64,000 nucleotides of DNA from Candidatus Saccharibacteria bacterium RIFCSPHIGHO2_12_FULL_41_12. Lineage in GTDB: Bacteria > Patescibacteriota > Saccharimonadia > Saccharimonadales > 2-12-FULL-41-12. Positions 1-10,698 of the stretch are shown here, piece by piece. The translations under genes and the position numbers were made by a program. Positions within the stretch are counted from its first letter, which is position 1, and every line of letters begins with the position of its first letter. The notes under the pieces were generated by a model. The model made no database searches and was not told the origin of the DNA. It worked only from the letters and a program-made list of their open reading frames with translations. Where the stretch lies: positions 104,462 to 168,461 of the forward strand of contig MGCQ01000001.1 in assembly GCA_001790445.1 (NCBI GenBank), written 5' to 3'.

Positions 1-147
1 CTCACTGATAAAACACAGAGGCGTGAGGTGACTTTATCGGCTGTGCTTGGTCTATCCGTGGCGATCATCGCCCAAGTAGTAGATAAACCTCAGCAACAAG
101 TTAGGAATGATCTTGCAACCCTATCAAAAGAGCTAGGTGGAGCATGA
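1..147 (+). CDS. 3' end of an unidentified CDS (partial, runs off the window start)
   Basis: Frame 1 is open from base 1 to TGA at 145-147 (…LATLSKELGGA*). No recognisable domain. Confidence 0.3.
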   Translation, partial: LTDKTQRREVTLSAVLGLSVAIIAQVVDKPQQQVRNDLATLSKELGGA

Positions 148-164
148 TAGACTAAAATACAAGT

Positions 165-425
165 ATGAAAAGATTCGTCATCGACGTCAGAGAACCTGAA
201 GAATACGCGAAAAAACACGTTAAAGATGCGATCAACATTTCTCCAGAAGACTTTCTAAAGGGCGCGAAACAATTATCTGGAGTGCCCAAAGACACCGAAA
301 TTATTTTGTACTGCATATCGGGCAGTAGGTCTAATGTGGCAATGAATATTTTAAAATCAATGGGATTCACTAACACTGTTAACGGTGTCAACATTCGACA
401 CGTCGAAGCTAAATATACTGACTAA
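165..425 (+). CDS. Single-domain rhodanese-like sulfurtransferase
   Basis: 86 aa. Rhodanese fold signature with an active-site loop (LYCISGSRS). Typical small stand-alone rhodanese length. Confidence 0.75.
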   Translation: MKRFVIDVREPEEYAKKHVKDAINISPEDFLKGAKQLSGVPKDTEIILYCISGSRSNVAMNILKSMGFTNTVNGVNIRHVEAKYTD

Positions 426-457
426 TGGCCTCTTAAGGTTATACATTTTGTAAGAAA

Positions 458-471
458 TTTGTGTACACAAA
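458..471. promoter_or_regulatory. 14-bp perfect palindrome TTTGTGTACACAAA, candidate operator upstream of the 541 CDS
   Basis: Perfect dyad read directly from the sequence. Flanked by TACA/TGTA half-sites (441-480). Confidence 0.3.
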
Positions 472-540
472 TGTAAGTTCCTATACGGCAGTGCCAGGGC
501 ATACAGATATACTTAGTAAGTGAACCTGAGGAGGGTAGCG

Positions 541-1044
541 ATGAACGAAATAGATAATGTTTCAATCAATTCAAATACAAACATAACCGGAGCCAATGCA
601 ATAGAATGGCTACAACCCAAAAAAGTTGAAGACCATTTACTAAAACAAATGATCAGAAGTTCATATGAAATCCTGGCAACAGCAAAGACAGTTTTTCCGT
701 TTACACTTTTCCCTCATACAATTACGCTGGATCGCACAAAAGTTACGATTATAAAAAGAAACTTTATTCTCTCATCTGAAACGGTGAGTTTTCGTATAGA
801 GGATATCCTGAATGTGAGCGTAAATGTCACCCCGTTTTTCGGATCAATCAAAATATTAACCAGGGTGTTCGGCACCGAAAAGCCATACCAAGTTGACCAT
901 TTTAAACGAGGCGAGGCGATACATCTAAAACACATCATCCAAGGCTATCTGATTGCAGCTAGACGGAATATCGACTGTTCAACCCTTGAGCATGGTGAGT
1001 TAATCAACCTGCTTGGACAGCTCGGGCATGACCCAACAGGCTAA
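541..1044 (+). CDS. Hypothetical protein, bacterial PH (bPH_2/YdbT-like) domain suspected
   Basis: The ORF track starts at GTG 520, but ATG 541 follows a GGAGG Shine-Dalgarno 7 nt upstream. The central region resembles the bPH topology (weak, from memory). Confidence 0.45.
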   Translation: MNEIDNVSINSNTNITGANAIEWLQPKKVEDHLLKQMIRSSYEILATAKTVFPFTLFPHTITLDRTKVTIIKRNFILSSETVSFRIEDILNVSVNVTPFFGSIKILTRVFGTEKPYQVDHFKRGEAIHLKHIIQGYLIAARRNIDCSTLEHGELINLLGQLGHDPTG

Positions 1045-1162
1045 AGACAACCACATATTACGATTTATTTGATGTAACGAAAGTAGCTCTTTCTAAATGC
1101 GCTTATGTGATTGGTGCTATAATTACTGCAATGAATAGCGTTAATCGCAATCTGGGTAAACA

Positions 1163-1927
1163 ATGTTAATTAGAGCAGTCAAGACAAGCCCCATCAGAGC
1201 GGGGGAACAATCAATATTTGATGTTCTTGATAAATATCTAGAAAAAGTTGAAGAGAGATCTATAGTTGTCATAACCTCTAAAATTGTCGCTTTACTAGAA
1301 AATAGAGTTGTTCAAATAGACGGAACCGACAAAAAAGCCCTAATCAGAGAAAGTGCAGATCTGTATTATCAACCAGAACCATCTGCCTCTAGTTTGGGCT
1401 ACAACTTTACTATCCTTCAGAATACATTAATCCCGTCGTCGGGTATAGACGCCTCGAACACAGACGGTGTTTATGTGCTTTGGCCTGAGGATTCAATCAA
1501 ATCCGCTAATGAAATCCGTCGATATTTAAAACAGAAGTTCCAACTAAAAGATGTCGGCGTAATTATATCCGATAGCACAATTGGCTTATCTCGGTGGGGG
1601 ACTATCGGCATCTGCATAGGGCACAGCGGGTTCAATCCAGTTAATGATTACGTCGGTATGCCAGATATTTTTGGCAGGAATTTAGAACTAAGTTCAGCTA
1701 ATATGGCCGGCAGTTTGTGCGCAGGAGCAGTAGCAGTCATGGGCGAGGGACCAGAGTGCACACCCGTAGCCATCATTGAAGATCTGCCACAGATAAAATT
1801 TCAGGATCATGACACCACGCCAGAGGAAGCTAAGCAATACTACTTATCCCCGCTTGAGGATTTAATATTCAAAGAATTTTTTACATCGGTAAAGTGGTTA
1901 GACGACGGGAATAAATCTGCAAAATAA
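1163..1927 (+). CDS. CofE-family protein (F420-0:gamma-glutamyl ligase-like)
   Basis: 254 aa. Motifs GIDASN, VGVIISDS and GR.LE…MGEG match the CofE family. Confidence 0.75.
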   Translation: MLIRAVKTSPIRAGEQSIFDVLDKYLEKVEERSIVVITSKIVALLENRVVQIDGTDKKALIRESADLYYQPEPSASSLGYNFTILQNTLIPSSGIDASNTDGVYVLWPEDSIKSANEIRRYLKQKFQLKDVGVIISDSTIGLSRWGTIGICIGHSGFNPVNDYVGMPDIFGRNLELSSANMAGSLCAGAVAVMGEGPECTPVAIIEDLPQIKFQDHDTTPEEAKQYYLSPLEDLIFKEFFTSVKWLDDGNKSAK

Positions 1928-1931
1928 ATAA

Positions 1932-1948
1932 CCCCCAGATTTGGGGGC
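1932..1948. terminator. Bidirectional hairpin terminator between convergent genes
   Basis: CCCCCA-GAT-TTGGGGG stem with A/T-rich runs on both sides. Lies between the 1927 stop (+) and the 1974 stop (-). Confidence 0.6.
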
Positions 1949-1973
1949 TATTATTGATACATCTGATGTAATA

Positions 1974-2231
1974 TTATCGAGGCTGTTGCGGCTTAGCTTC
2001 ACTAATAGTGATCGGACGACCACCTAGTTCTTTACCATTGAGCTCTGCAATAGCTTTGTCTCCAGCAGCATCATCTGCCATCTCAACGAAACCAAAACCT
2101 TTTGATCGACCTGTATCGCGATCTGTGATGATCCTTACGGATACAACTTCGCCAATTTGCGCAAAGAAATCTTTCATTTCGTCCTCTGTTAGTTTATATG
2201 GTAGGCTACCGACAAATAATCTTTTTCCCAT
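1974..2231 (-). CDS. RRM-type RNA-binding protein
   Basis: 85 aa. RNP-2 LFVGSL and RNP-1 KGFGFVEM motifs. Confidence 0.9.
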   Translation of the reverse strand: MGKRLFVGSLPYKLTEDEMKDFFAQIGEVVSVRIITDRDTGRSKGFGFVEMADDAAGDKAIAELNGKELGGRPITISEAKPQQPR

Positions 2232-2409
2232 TATTTTCCTTCTTTAGTTCTCTGGTACCTGCCTATAAAAACAGCCAACTGCTCCCGTCTGAAACTTATT
2301 ATTTTATTGTAAATTTACTTAAATATCACTAGCAGTCATCATTAAGTTAAAGATATTGTAACACAAACTTTTGGTTTACAATACCTCCGAGTTACTGTAA
2401 TGTAGAAGT

Positions 2410-3087
2410 GTGGAAAACAAGGACGTAAAGAAACTGTTCAATTCTAGAACCCACACCTTTCAGAAAGGACAGATGATCTATTTTCTTGGAGAAATACCAA
2501 AAAACAGTTTTTTCATTAATGAGGGGTTTATCAAAGTTTACGCCGTAGGAGAGGACGGGACAGAGCAAATTGTTAGATTCTCTGGCCCGGGGGAGTTCCT
2601 CGCACTGGGTTGGTTATTCGGATACTCACAAGTTATTAGATTTTATTATCAAGCCTTAACTGACTGTTCTTGCGAAGTTATATTCCAAGAAGAATTTAAA
2701 AAACACGAAGAAGATCCCAGCGTGCTCAGATGTATCTTAGATCAACTAAACGTTATCGCAAATCTCGGTCTAATTAGAAATATGGCCCTGCAACAGATCA
2801 AAGCTAGACAAAAAATCATCTATTTTCTGTACTTTTTGTCTCTCAGATATGGCAAGGAGCTCAACAATAACCTCTATGCCATCAAAATCCCGATGACCCA
2901 TCAAACAATCGCCGAAAACCTTGGTTTAACCCGAGAAACAGTTTCGACGGAAATGTCAAAACTTAAAAAAGAATCATTAATAGTCGTTAGACAAAAGAAA
3001 TACATCATTGATAAAAAGGTGGTCGTCAGTATCGTCGGACGAGATATAGCGAACTTTCACAGCTCAGCACAATTCAAAAAGAAGTAA
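2410..3087 (+). CDS. Crp/Fnr-family transcriptional regulator
   Basis: 225 aa, GTG start. N-terminal cNMP-binding-like barrel and a C-terminal HTH (TIAENLGLTRETVSTEMSKLKK). Confidence 0.8.
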   Translation: MENKDVKKLFNSRTHTFQKGQMIYFLGEIPKNSFFINEGFIKVYAVGEDGTEQIVRFSGPGEFLALGWLFGYSQVIRFYYQALTDCSCEVIFQEEFKKHEEDPSVLRCILDQLNVIANLGLIRNMALQQIKARQKIIYFLYFLSLRYGKELNNNLYAIKIPMTHQTIAENLGLTRETVSTEMSKLKKESLIVVRQKKYIIDKKVVVSIVGRDIANFHSSAQFKKK

Positions 3088-3099
3088 AAATCAGCCTGT

Positions 3100-3477
3100 T
3101 CAAATAACTTCTTCAATAATTTTTAACAAGTCCTTAGGGCTGGCCCATGACTTAAGAAAATACTTATCTATTCCTAGCTCATAAGCTTGTTTTACTTCAT
3201 TTTGCAGGTCGTAATTACTAAAAACCACCAGCTTTGCTTGGCGGTTTTTATAACGTTTTTTATATTCTTTCAAAAATTTTATGCCATCCATGTTTGGCAT
3301 TTTCAGATCAAGCAGGATCAAGTCATAGTTTGAATCTTCAACCAGACTAAGTGCTTCAATTCCGTCACTTGCTGGCGTTGTGTCGTAACCTGCGGTATCT
3401 AAAATCATGGTGTACGCTTCATTAAGAGATTTGTCGTCTTCTACAATTAATATATTTGCTAGTGTTGTGTCCGTCAT
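3100..3477 (-). CDS. Stand-alone response-regulator receiver domain protein
   Basis: 125 aa. ILIVEDD…DLILLDLKMPNMDG…K receiver motifs, with no output domain. Confidence 0.85.
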   Translation of the reverse strand: MTDTTLANILIVEDDKSLNEAYTMILDTAGYDTTPASDGIEALSLVEDSNYDLILLDLKMPNMDGIKFLKEYKKRYKNRQAKLVVFSNYDLQNEVKQAYELGIDKYFLKSWASPKDLLKIIEEVI

Positions 3478-3523
3478 AAAAACTTAATTATATAGTACCT
3501 AGAAATTTATTTTGTAAAATACT

Positions 3524-4519
3524 TCACAAGGGTAGCTCAATAATAAATATGCTTCCTCCACTGATAGATTTGTGCCTGATGCTTCCGTGGTTAAGCTCAA
3601 CTAATTTTCTAGCAATATACAGCCCTATACCAGAACCACCCTCAATAGATGACAGGGGATTGTCTATGCGTGAAAACTTTTTAAATAATTTAGAGGAATC
3701 TTTTTTCCGAATACCAACACCGTTATCTATAATACGTATGCTCACTGTTGTCGTGTGTTTTTCTACTTCTATTTTTACATGACCCTTAAAATTTGTGTAC
3801 TTAACTGCGTTTGAAAGCAAATTTTCAATGCTCATTCTGACGCATTGTTTGTCAGCGTTAATAATCAGATCATCTGGAGCACTGATCTCAACTTTTAGCT
3901 CTTTTGCTAAAATATTTTGTTCATATATTCGTACGAGTTCTTTGACTAAGTCGACCAAGTCAAAATCGCGGGGGTGAACAATAATTCGCTCTGCATCAAG
4001 CTTTGCCATATACAAAAAATCATTAATAATACGTAGCTGTCTTTCGTTATAAAAATACGCTCTGTCAATAAGGTTTCTTTGTTTGGTGCTTATACTGCCT
4101 GCCATACCCTCACGTATAATCCCAAGGTATTGCTTAACTCCTGTCGCAGGAGTTCTAAGTTGATGCGAGGCAAGTGCCAAAAGATCATCGCGGGCTTCTT
4201 GGAGTTTTAGCTGGTTTGACGTATGTATTTTATCTAGTTTGTTTCTTTTGATAACAACACTAATAACAAATAAAAATAACGCTATCAAAATGCCAAACGA
4301 CATAATAGCCCCTGTCATATCGGTGTTTTTAAAACTAGTATTAAATACACTTTCTAGTGGTGAAATCCAATATTCACCACTGTTCTTATGTGCATTGTGA
4401 TCAAGATTTATGAAAAAAGCCACCAAAAGCACCGCCCCAGCGATAGCATAACTACCGATATAATCTTTTTGAGCAGTTATGTCATGCCAAATGTACCGGG
4501 CAAATTGTTTCAACCTCAT
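3524..4519 (-). CDS. Membrane sensor histidine kinase
   Basis: 331 aa with 2 TM segments. H-box ASHQLRTPATG, N-box LLSNAVKYT, G-boxes DNGVGI and GGSGIGL. Lies upstream of the receiver gene on the same strand. Confidence 0.85.
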   Translation of the reverse strand: MRLKQFARYIWHDITAQKDYIGSYAIAGAVLLVAFFINLDHNAHKNSGEYWISPLESVFNTSFKNTDMTGAIMSFGILIALFLFVISVVIKRNKLDKIHTSNQLKLQEARDDLLALASHQLRTPATGVKQYLGIIREGMAGSISTKQRNLIDRAYFYNERQLRIINDFLYMAKLDAERIIVHPRDFDLVDLVKELVRIYEQNILAKELKVEISAPDDLIINADKQCVRMSIENLLSNAVKYTNFKGHVKIEVEKHTTTVSIRIIDNGVGIRKKDSSKLFKKFSRIDNPLSSIEGGSGIGLYIARKLVELNHGSIRHKSISGGSIFIIELPL

Positions 4520-4530
4520 ACACCCATAAT

Positions 4531-4704
4531 ACTATACTCGACTTACGCAAAATTGATGATTCGCCAGACTTGTCCAGAATTGATTCAAAAAAGGTCTTCT
4601 ACGGTGGAGAGGTACCTGTAGGTACATCGACAGCAGAAAGATCTTTTCTGGGTAAGTCTGGCGAGATTGAGAATGGGCAATTTTTGCGTAAGTCGAGTAT
4701 AGTT
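4531..4704. repeat. ~174-bp imperfect palindrome (long inverted repeat) in a divergent intergenic region
   Basis: Left arm ACTATACTCGACTTACGCAAAA (4531-4552) pairs perfectly with 4683-4704. Inner arms GCCAGACTT / AAGTCTGGC also pair, and the centre is GTACCT-GT-AGGTAC. Confidence 0.7.
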
Positions 4705-4738
4705 GCAAATAACCCACTTGGACATATAGAATATACTT

Positions 4739-5293
4739 ATGGTTAAAAAAACACCTCCGGTGTACAGTTTTGGTATAATCACTTCTTTAAAAGCCCATTT
4801 TATGCTTGTAGCACTGTATTTGATCCAACTGATACTATTTGATGCATCCAAGCTTGTTGCTCCAGATATAGTCAAACAACGTTGGGTCTGCGTCGCCGCT
4901 TTTGTAGTAGCCTGTGCCATCATCGCATATCTGGTAAAAATCAACCCAAAAAAAGTAAAATTCCATAAAATACTTATATTTGCATTGATTACGGTAGATA
5001 TCGCGTTTGCTGCATTTAACGTCTATATTAGCCGTGGCATGGCCAGCAGGGCAGTAATGCTCTTTGTCGTGCCATTGATGGTTGCAGCCCTTCTGATGAG
5101 CCTCAGTGCACTACTTTTGACAGCAACTGTGTGTGCAGCCGTCTATATCGCAACTGCTGTAAGTTATTTTGTGAATAATTTTAATGAAGGCTATAAAGTA
5201 GAGCTTTACGGAGAAGTTGGGTTTTATGCAGCCATGTTCTTCGTTGTAGCGTATTTACTGTGGGCAGTCGTCAAAAACCGCAAGATACTATAA
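4739..5293 (+). CDS. Integral membrane protein, unknown function
   Basis: 184 aa with ~5 hydrophobic helices. No recognisable motif. Confidence 0.6.
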   Translation: MVKKTPPVYSFGIITSLKAHFMLVALYLIQLILFDASKLVAPDIVKQRWVCVAAFVVACAIIAYLVKINPKKVKFHKILIFALITVDIAFAAFNVYISRGMASRAVMLFVVPLMVAALLMSLSALLLTATVCAAVYIATAVSYFVNNFNEGYKVELYGEVGFYAAMFFVVAYLLWAVVKNRKIL

Positions 5294-5327
5294 CCTACGA
5301 TAGCGACAATCTAGTACAATATAAGTA

Positions 5328-8300
5328 ATGGACAAACTAAATTCTAAACAACTTGAGGCTGTCAATGCTATCGAGGGACCAGTTTTGGTCATTGCGGGCC
5401 CTGGAACTGGAAAAACCCAGCTACTTAGCATGAGAGTAGCTAACATTCTCAAAAAAACTGACGCTGACCCTGAAAATATATTGTGTTTAACGTTTACTAA
5501 CAAATCTGCAACAAACATGCGTGATCGTTTGGTTAGTCTGATCGGTGTAGAAGCTAGAAAAGTTCAGGTCAGAACATTCCATAGTTTTGCTGCTGAGATC
5601 ATGAACCAGTATCCAGATTTTTTCTGGAATGGTGCTAAACTTTCTACTGCACCAGAGACGACTCAGCTTGAAATAATTCAACGAATTTTGTCTGATTTAC
5701 CGCACGACAATCCTCTCGCTTCAAGATTTGCTGGAAAATTTACTGCTATACCAAGAATCATGCAAGCTTTAAAATTGACTAAAGAGACGGGGCTTACACC
5801 AGACAAGTTACAGGCGATTGTGGAAGTTAATCTCGCCTATATTGACAAAATTGAAGATCAACTGATAAAAATACTTGCACCAACACTTAGCCTGAAAAGA
5901 ATTCCTGACTTACATACAAAAATCATGTCTTTGCCTGAGCAAGGAATTGGCTCGGGGCTGGCGCCGCTTTTATCATTAACCAGTGTGATTCAAGAAAGTC
6001 TAGAATTCGCCATAGATCAAGACTTAGGCACCGATAGAACAAAGGCCGTTAGTAAATGGAAAACAAAGTGGCTACAATCAGTTGATTCCAAAAAAGGGAT
6101 GCACAATGAAAGAAACCGTAACTTATGGTGGCTGGAGTTAGTCGATGTTTACCAAAAGTACAGAGAGCAGCTTCACTACAGAGGCTATTATGACTACTCC
6201 GATATGCTTGTAGAGGTACTGGCACAACTGGAGCAAAATCCAGAACTACTTTCTGAAGTTCAAGAGAAGTTTCGTTACGTGTTGATCGATGAGTTCCAAG
6301 ACAGTAATGCAGCGCAGCTTCGTCTGGCGCACTTAGTGGCAAATCACGAATCCGCAAATGGAAGACCCAATATTATGGCGGTAGGCGACGATGATCAATC
6401 AATCTTTGGCTTTAATGGGGCAGAACTGAACAATATGTTATTTTTTGATAGAAATTACAAAGATGTTAAAAAAATTGTTTTAGACGAAAACTACCGTTCT
6501 ACTCAAGCAATTCTTGACACAACGAGCAAGATAATTGATCAAGCTGGTGATCGGCTGGTCAAACGAGATAAATCTTTATCGAAAAAGTTAATTGCCAAAA
6601 AAGAAATTTCTGAGAATGGGGAAATACGACACATCAGTTACCCAACGCGTGAACATCAACTTAGCGAAGTCGCTAGAGAGATAAAAAAACGGTGGGCCAA
6701 AAACAATAATGAATCAATTGCGGTGCTGGCGCGCCATCACGGAAGCCTGCAAGCACTTTCGTCAATTCTTTTGAATATTGGGGTTCCAGTTAGCTACGAA
6801 CTTCGGAGCAATATACTTGAGCATGAGGCAGTCAAGCAGGCCATTATCATCGCCAAAATTGTTGGTTCTGTCCAAAATGGAGATAAAGAATTAGCAAACG
6901 AGTTACTTTGCAAAGCGCTACGACACCCAATGTGGGGGATTCCACCTGAAGATTTATGGAAACTTGCTCTGGCTAATTATAGTAAGCCCGACTGGATGAC
7001 GTACTTGCTCACAAGCAAGAACCCTCATTTAAAACAAATTGGAAAACATTTTGTTTGGTTGGCTGCGCAAGCAGACAAACAGCCACTTGCATCAACAATA
7101 GAATATATCTTAGGACTTCGATCCGGGGAACAGGGCTCCAGCCCGTTAAAAAAATATTTCTCAGCCAGACGATCTATTGATAACGATTATCTTCAGACAC
7201 TTTCTGCACTTAGAATTTTGAGAGAATTAGTAACAGAATTTTCCCGCACAACTACGCCCACTCTCGGCGACTTTTTAAAATATATCCAATTGAACGAAGA
7301 TAATAGACTAGGCGTGGTAGATGAATCTCCATTTGTAAGTGACGAAAAAGCAGTTGAACTATACACCGTTCATAAAGCTAAAGGGCTGGAATTTGATTGT
7401 GTATTTATCATAGATACTATCGAAGAAAACTGGCAACCAAAAACAGGTAGATATTCGTGCCCAAGCAATCTGCCGCTGCAACCTCCGCTTGAAAACGACG
7501 ATGACTATGCACGACTACTTTATGTGGCTGCAACCAGGGCAAAGCACACCTTGATTGCGACAAGTTACGATTTTGATCACGCGGGCAAGGAGTTATTGCC
7601 AACCCCACTAATAAGAGAAGCTATCGGACTTAACACAAAAAAAGATAAGACATTGGCAACCGACCCAATTATTGTGCTTGAAGAATCCCTTCGCTGGCCA
7701 CATTTGAATAGAGGGAAAGAAAAAGAGCTGATCAAGGCGAAACTTGAATCGTTTTCTATAAATGTTACAAATCTGTTGAATTTCTTAGACGTTACCCAAG
7801 GTGGACCAGAATACTTTTTTGAAAGAAACGTATTGCGCTTACCAGAGGCAAAAACCGCGACTTTAGCTTATGGATCCGCAGTGCATGCAAGCTTGGATTT
7901 TGGTCAAAAGCTTGTTAATAGCGATAGTTTCAGCTTGGTCAAACTTTTAGATACATTTGCACAAGAGCTTCGTGGTGAAAATTTGCCAAGAGACGAGCAC
8001 ACAAAGTATTTAGCTCGCGGGCAGAAAATGTTCAAAAAACTTTTTGGGGCAAATGGCTTTGTTCTTCCAAAAGGTAGCAAAAGCGAACAACGCATAAAAG
8101 ATGTAAAGTTGTCCTCTGCGATAATCGATGGCAAGCTTGATAGGGTGGACAAGATAGATGATCGGCTGACTATAGTTGACTATAAAACAGGGTCACCCCT
8201 GTCAGGCTTTGAAACGTCTGACCAATCAAAAGCCATCAAGGCTTGGAAACAAAAAACTCAATTAATTTTTTATGCCCTTATTATCAAAAATGACCTCCGA

Positions 8301-8534
8301 TTTGGTAAACCCAGTCATATAGAAGGGGAAATGGTTTATGTTGAAGCAAGCCAATCTAAAGATCTTGTCCGTACTTACATCCCGACTTTAGAAGATGTAG
8401 AGAGGTTAAATCAGCTAGTCGAAGCAGTTTGGCGAAAAATTAATGATTATGACCTGCCAGATGTGTCAAAATACACACCAGATATATCAGGTATAGCTCA
8501 ATTTGAAGAAGATCTCATAAATAATATTTTGTAA
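5328..8534 (+). CDS. UvrD/PcrA-type SF1 helicase fused to a C-terminal PD-(D/E)XK (RecB/AddA-like) nuclease domain
   Basis: 1068 aa. Walker A GPGTGKT, DEFQDSN, ENYRST, VHKAKGLEFD and YVAATRA helicase motifs. The C-terminus carries DRVD…IVDYKTG…QLIFY nuclease motifs. Confidence 0.85.
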   Translation: MDKLNSKQLEAVNAIEGPVLVIAGPGTGKTQLLSMRVANILKKTDADPENILCLTFTNKSATNMRDRLVSLIGVEARKVQVRTFHSFAAEIMNQYPDFFWNGAKLSTAPETTQLEIIQRILSDLPHDNPLASRFAGKFTAIPRIMQALKLTKETGLTPDKLQAIVEVNLAYIDKIEDQLIKILAPTLSLKRIPDLHTKIMSLPEQGIGSGLAPLLSLTSVIQESLEFAIDQDLGTDRTKAVSKWKTKWLQSVDSKKGMHNERNRNLWWLELVDVYQKYREQLHYRGYYDYSDMLVEVLAQLEQNPELLSEVQEKFRYVLIDEFQDSNAAQLRLAHLVANHESANGRPNIMAVGDDDQSIFGFNGAELNNMLFFDRNYKDVKKIVLDENYRSTQAILDTTSKIIDQAGDRLVKRDKSLSKKLIAKKEISENGEIRHISYPTREHQLSEVAREIKKRWAKNNNESIAVLARHHGSLQALSSILLNIGVPVSYELRSNILEHEAVKQAIIIAKIVGSVQNGDKELANELLCKALRHPMWGIPPEDLWKLALANYSKPDWMTYLLTSKNPHLKQIGKHFVWLAAQADKQPLASTIEYILGLRSGEQGSSPLKKYFSARRSIDNDYLQTLSALRILRELVTEFSRTTTPTLGDFLKYIQLNEDNRLGVVDESPFVSDEKAVELYTVHKAKGLEFDCVFIIDTIEENWQPKTGRYSCPSNLPLQPPLENDDDYARLLYVAATRAKHTLIATSYDFDHAGKELLPTPLIREAIGLNTKKDKTLATDPIIVLEESLRWPHLNRGKEKELIKAKLESFSINVTNLLNFLDVTQGGPEYFFERNVLRLPEAKTATLAYGSAVHASLDFGQKLVNSDSFSLVKLLDTFAQELRGENLPRDEHTKYLARGQKMFKKLFGANGFVLPKGSKSEQRIKDVKLSSAIIDGKLDRVDKIDDRLTIVDYKTGSPLSGFETSDQSKAIKAWKQKTQLIFYALIIKNDLRFGKPSHIEGEMVYVEASQSKDLVRTYIPTLEDVERLNQLVEAVWRKINDYDLPDVSKYTPDISGIAQFEEDLINNIL

Positions 8535-8554
8535 AGTATTTTACAGTACTTTTC

Positions 8555-8704
8555 ATGAGTAAATGCAAAGATGTGTTGATGATTATTGAATCTACATTGA
8601 TTTGCCTAGGATATCTGGCTCTTGGAGCACTCATTGCTGACGTATTGATAGTTAATGACAACCTTCCAGTATGTTCAGATATAATTTTGCCTGAACCTGT
8701 GTGA
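8555..8704 (+). CDS. Possible 49-aa small hydrophobic protein
   Basis: ATG ORF found by hand (MSKCKDVLMIIESTLICLGYLALGALIADVLIV…), below the track cutoff. No clear SD. Confidence 0.2.
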   Translation: MSKCKDVLMIIESTLICLGYLALGALIADVLIVNDNLPVCSDIILPEPV

Positions 8705-8737
8705 AGAATAGGGATTGAAAGCTTTAATTAAAGAGTA

Positions 8738-9172
8738 TTAATTTCTTTTGCTGCGATGACGACGTTTTAGTCCGGAAAGTTGGAGTCTGACTGTTTGACG
8801 GTCAATCATTTCTTGAGCGTGTTCAAGTGAAACTTGATCTTTGGCTAATTTCTTCAAGCTTTTGGCTCGCTCAAGTGCTTTTGTGATCTCATCTTCTCTA
8901 AGGTTCTCTAGATCTTCTACCTCGTCAGCCAGAATTATCAGTTCGTTGTCAAGAACCTTGATAGTTCCTCCAAATACCGCCGTTGCGTGTCGATCTGCAT
9001 CTTTGACAGACTTTTCTTCTCGGACATGGATAATTCCATAACTTAGCACACCAATCAGTGGAGCATGGCCACCATAAACCGCAATCTCACCAGCCTTGGT
9101 TGGGATCATCACTTCGTAGACATCTTTATCTATTCTCATACCACTTAGAGTGATTAACTTTAATCTAATCAT
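8738..9172 (-). CDS. atpC: F1 ATP synthase epsilon subunit
   Basis: 144 aa at the last position of the atp operon. Beta-sandwich plus helical tail pattern. Confidence 0.85.
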   Translation of the reverse strand: MIRLKLITLSGMRIDKDVYEVMIPTKAGEIAVYGGHAPLIGVLSYGIIHVREEKSVKDADRHATAVFGGTIKVLDNELIILADEVEDLENLREDEITKALERAKSLKKLAKDQVSLEHAQEMIDRQTVRLQLSGLKRRHRSKRN

Positions 9173-9173
9173 G

Positions 9174-10559
<1,386 letters not shown>

Positions 10560-10588
10560 TTATTCTCCTTATCTAACTTAAATGGTTG

Positions 10589-10694
10589 TTTATATGAATA
10601 CAATACAAGGCAGGGCTGAGAAGCGGACCAAACTGTATTTAATGATACAGTGCGGGAGCATCGCAAGGCATAACGCAGTAGTGTTTCATATAAA
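10589..10694 (-). other. Structured ~105-nt element inside the 145-nt atpG-atpD spacer
   Basis: Outer 10-bp stem TTTATATGAA (10589-98) / TTCATATAAA (10685-94) and inner 7-bp stem ACTGTAT (10632-38) / ATACAGT (10645-51). Confidence 0.4.
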
Positions 10695-10698
10695 TCAA

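Noticed and set aside
4388-4944. Three overlapping ORFs (4388..4621 +, 4532..4717 -, 4585..4944 -)
   Set aside because: They are generated by the 174-bp palindrome and overlap the ends of genuine genes. Mirror-image translations of an inverted repeat are not evidence of coding.
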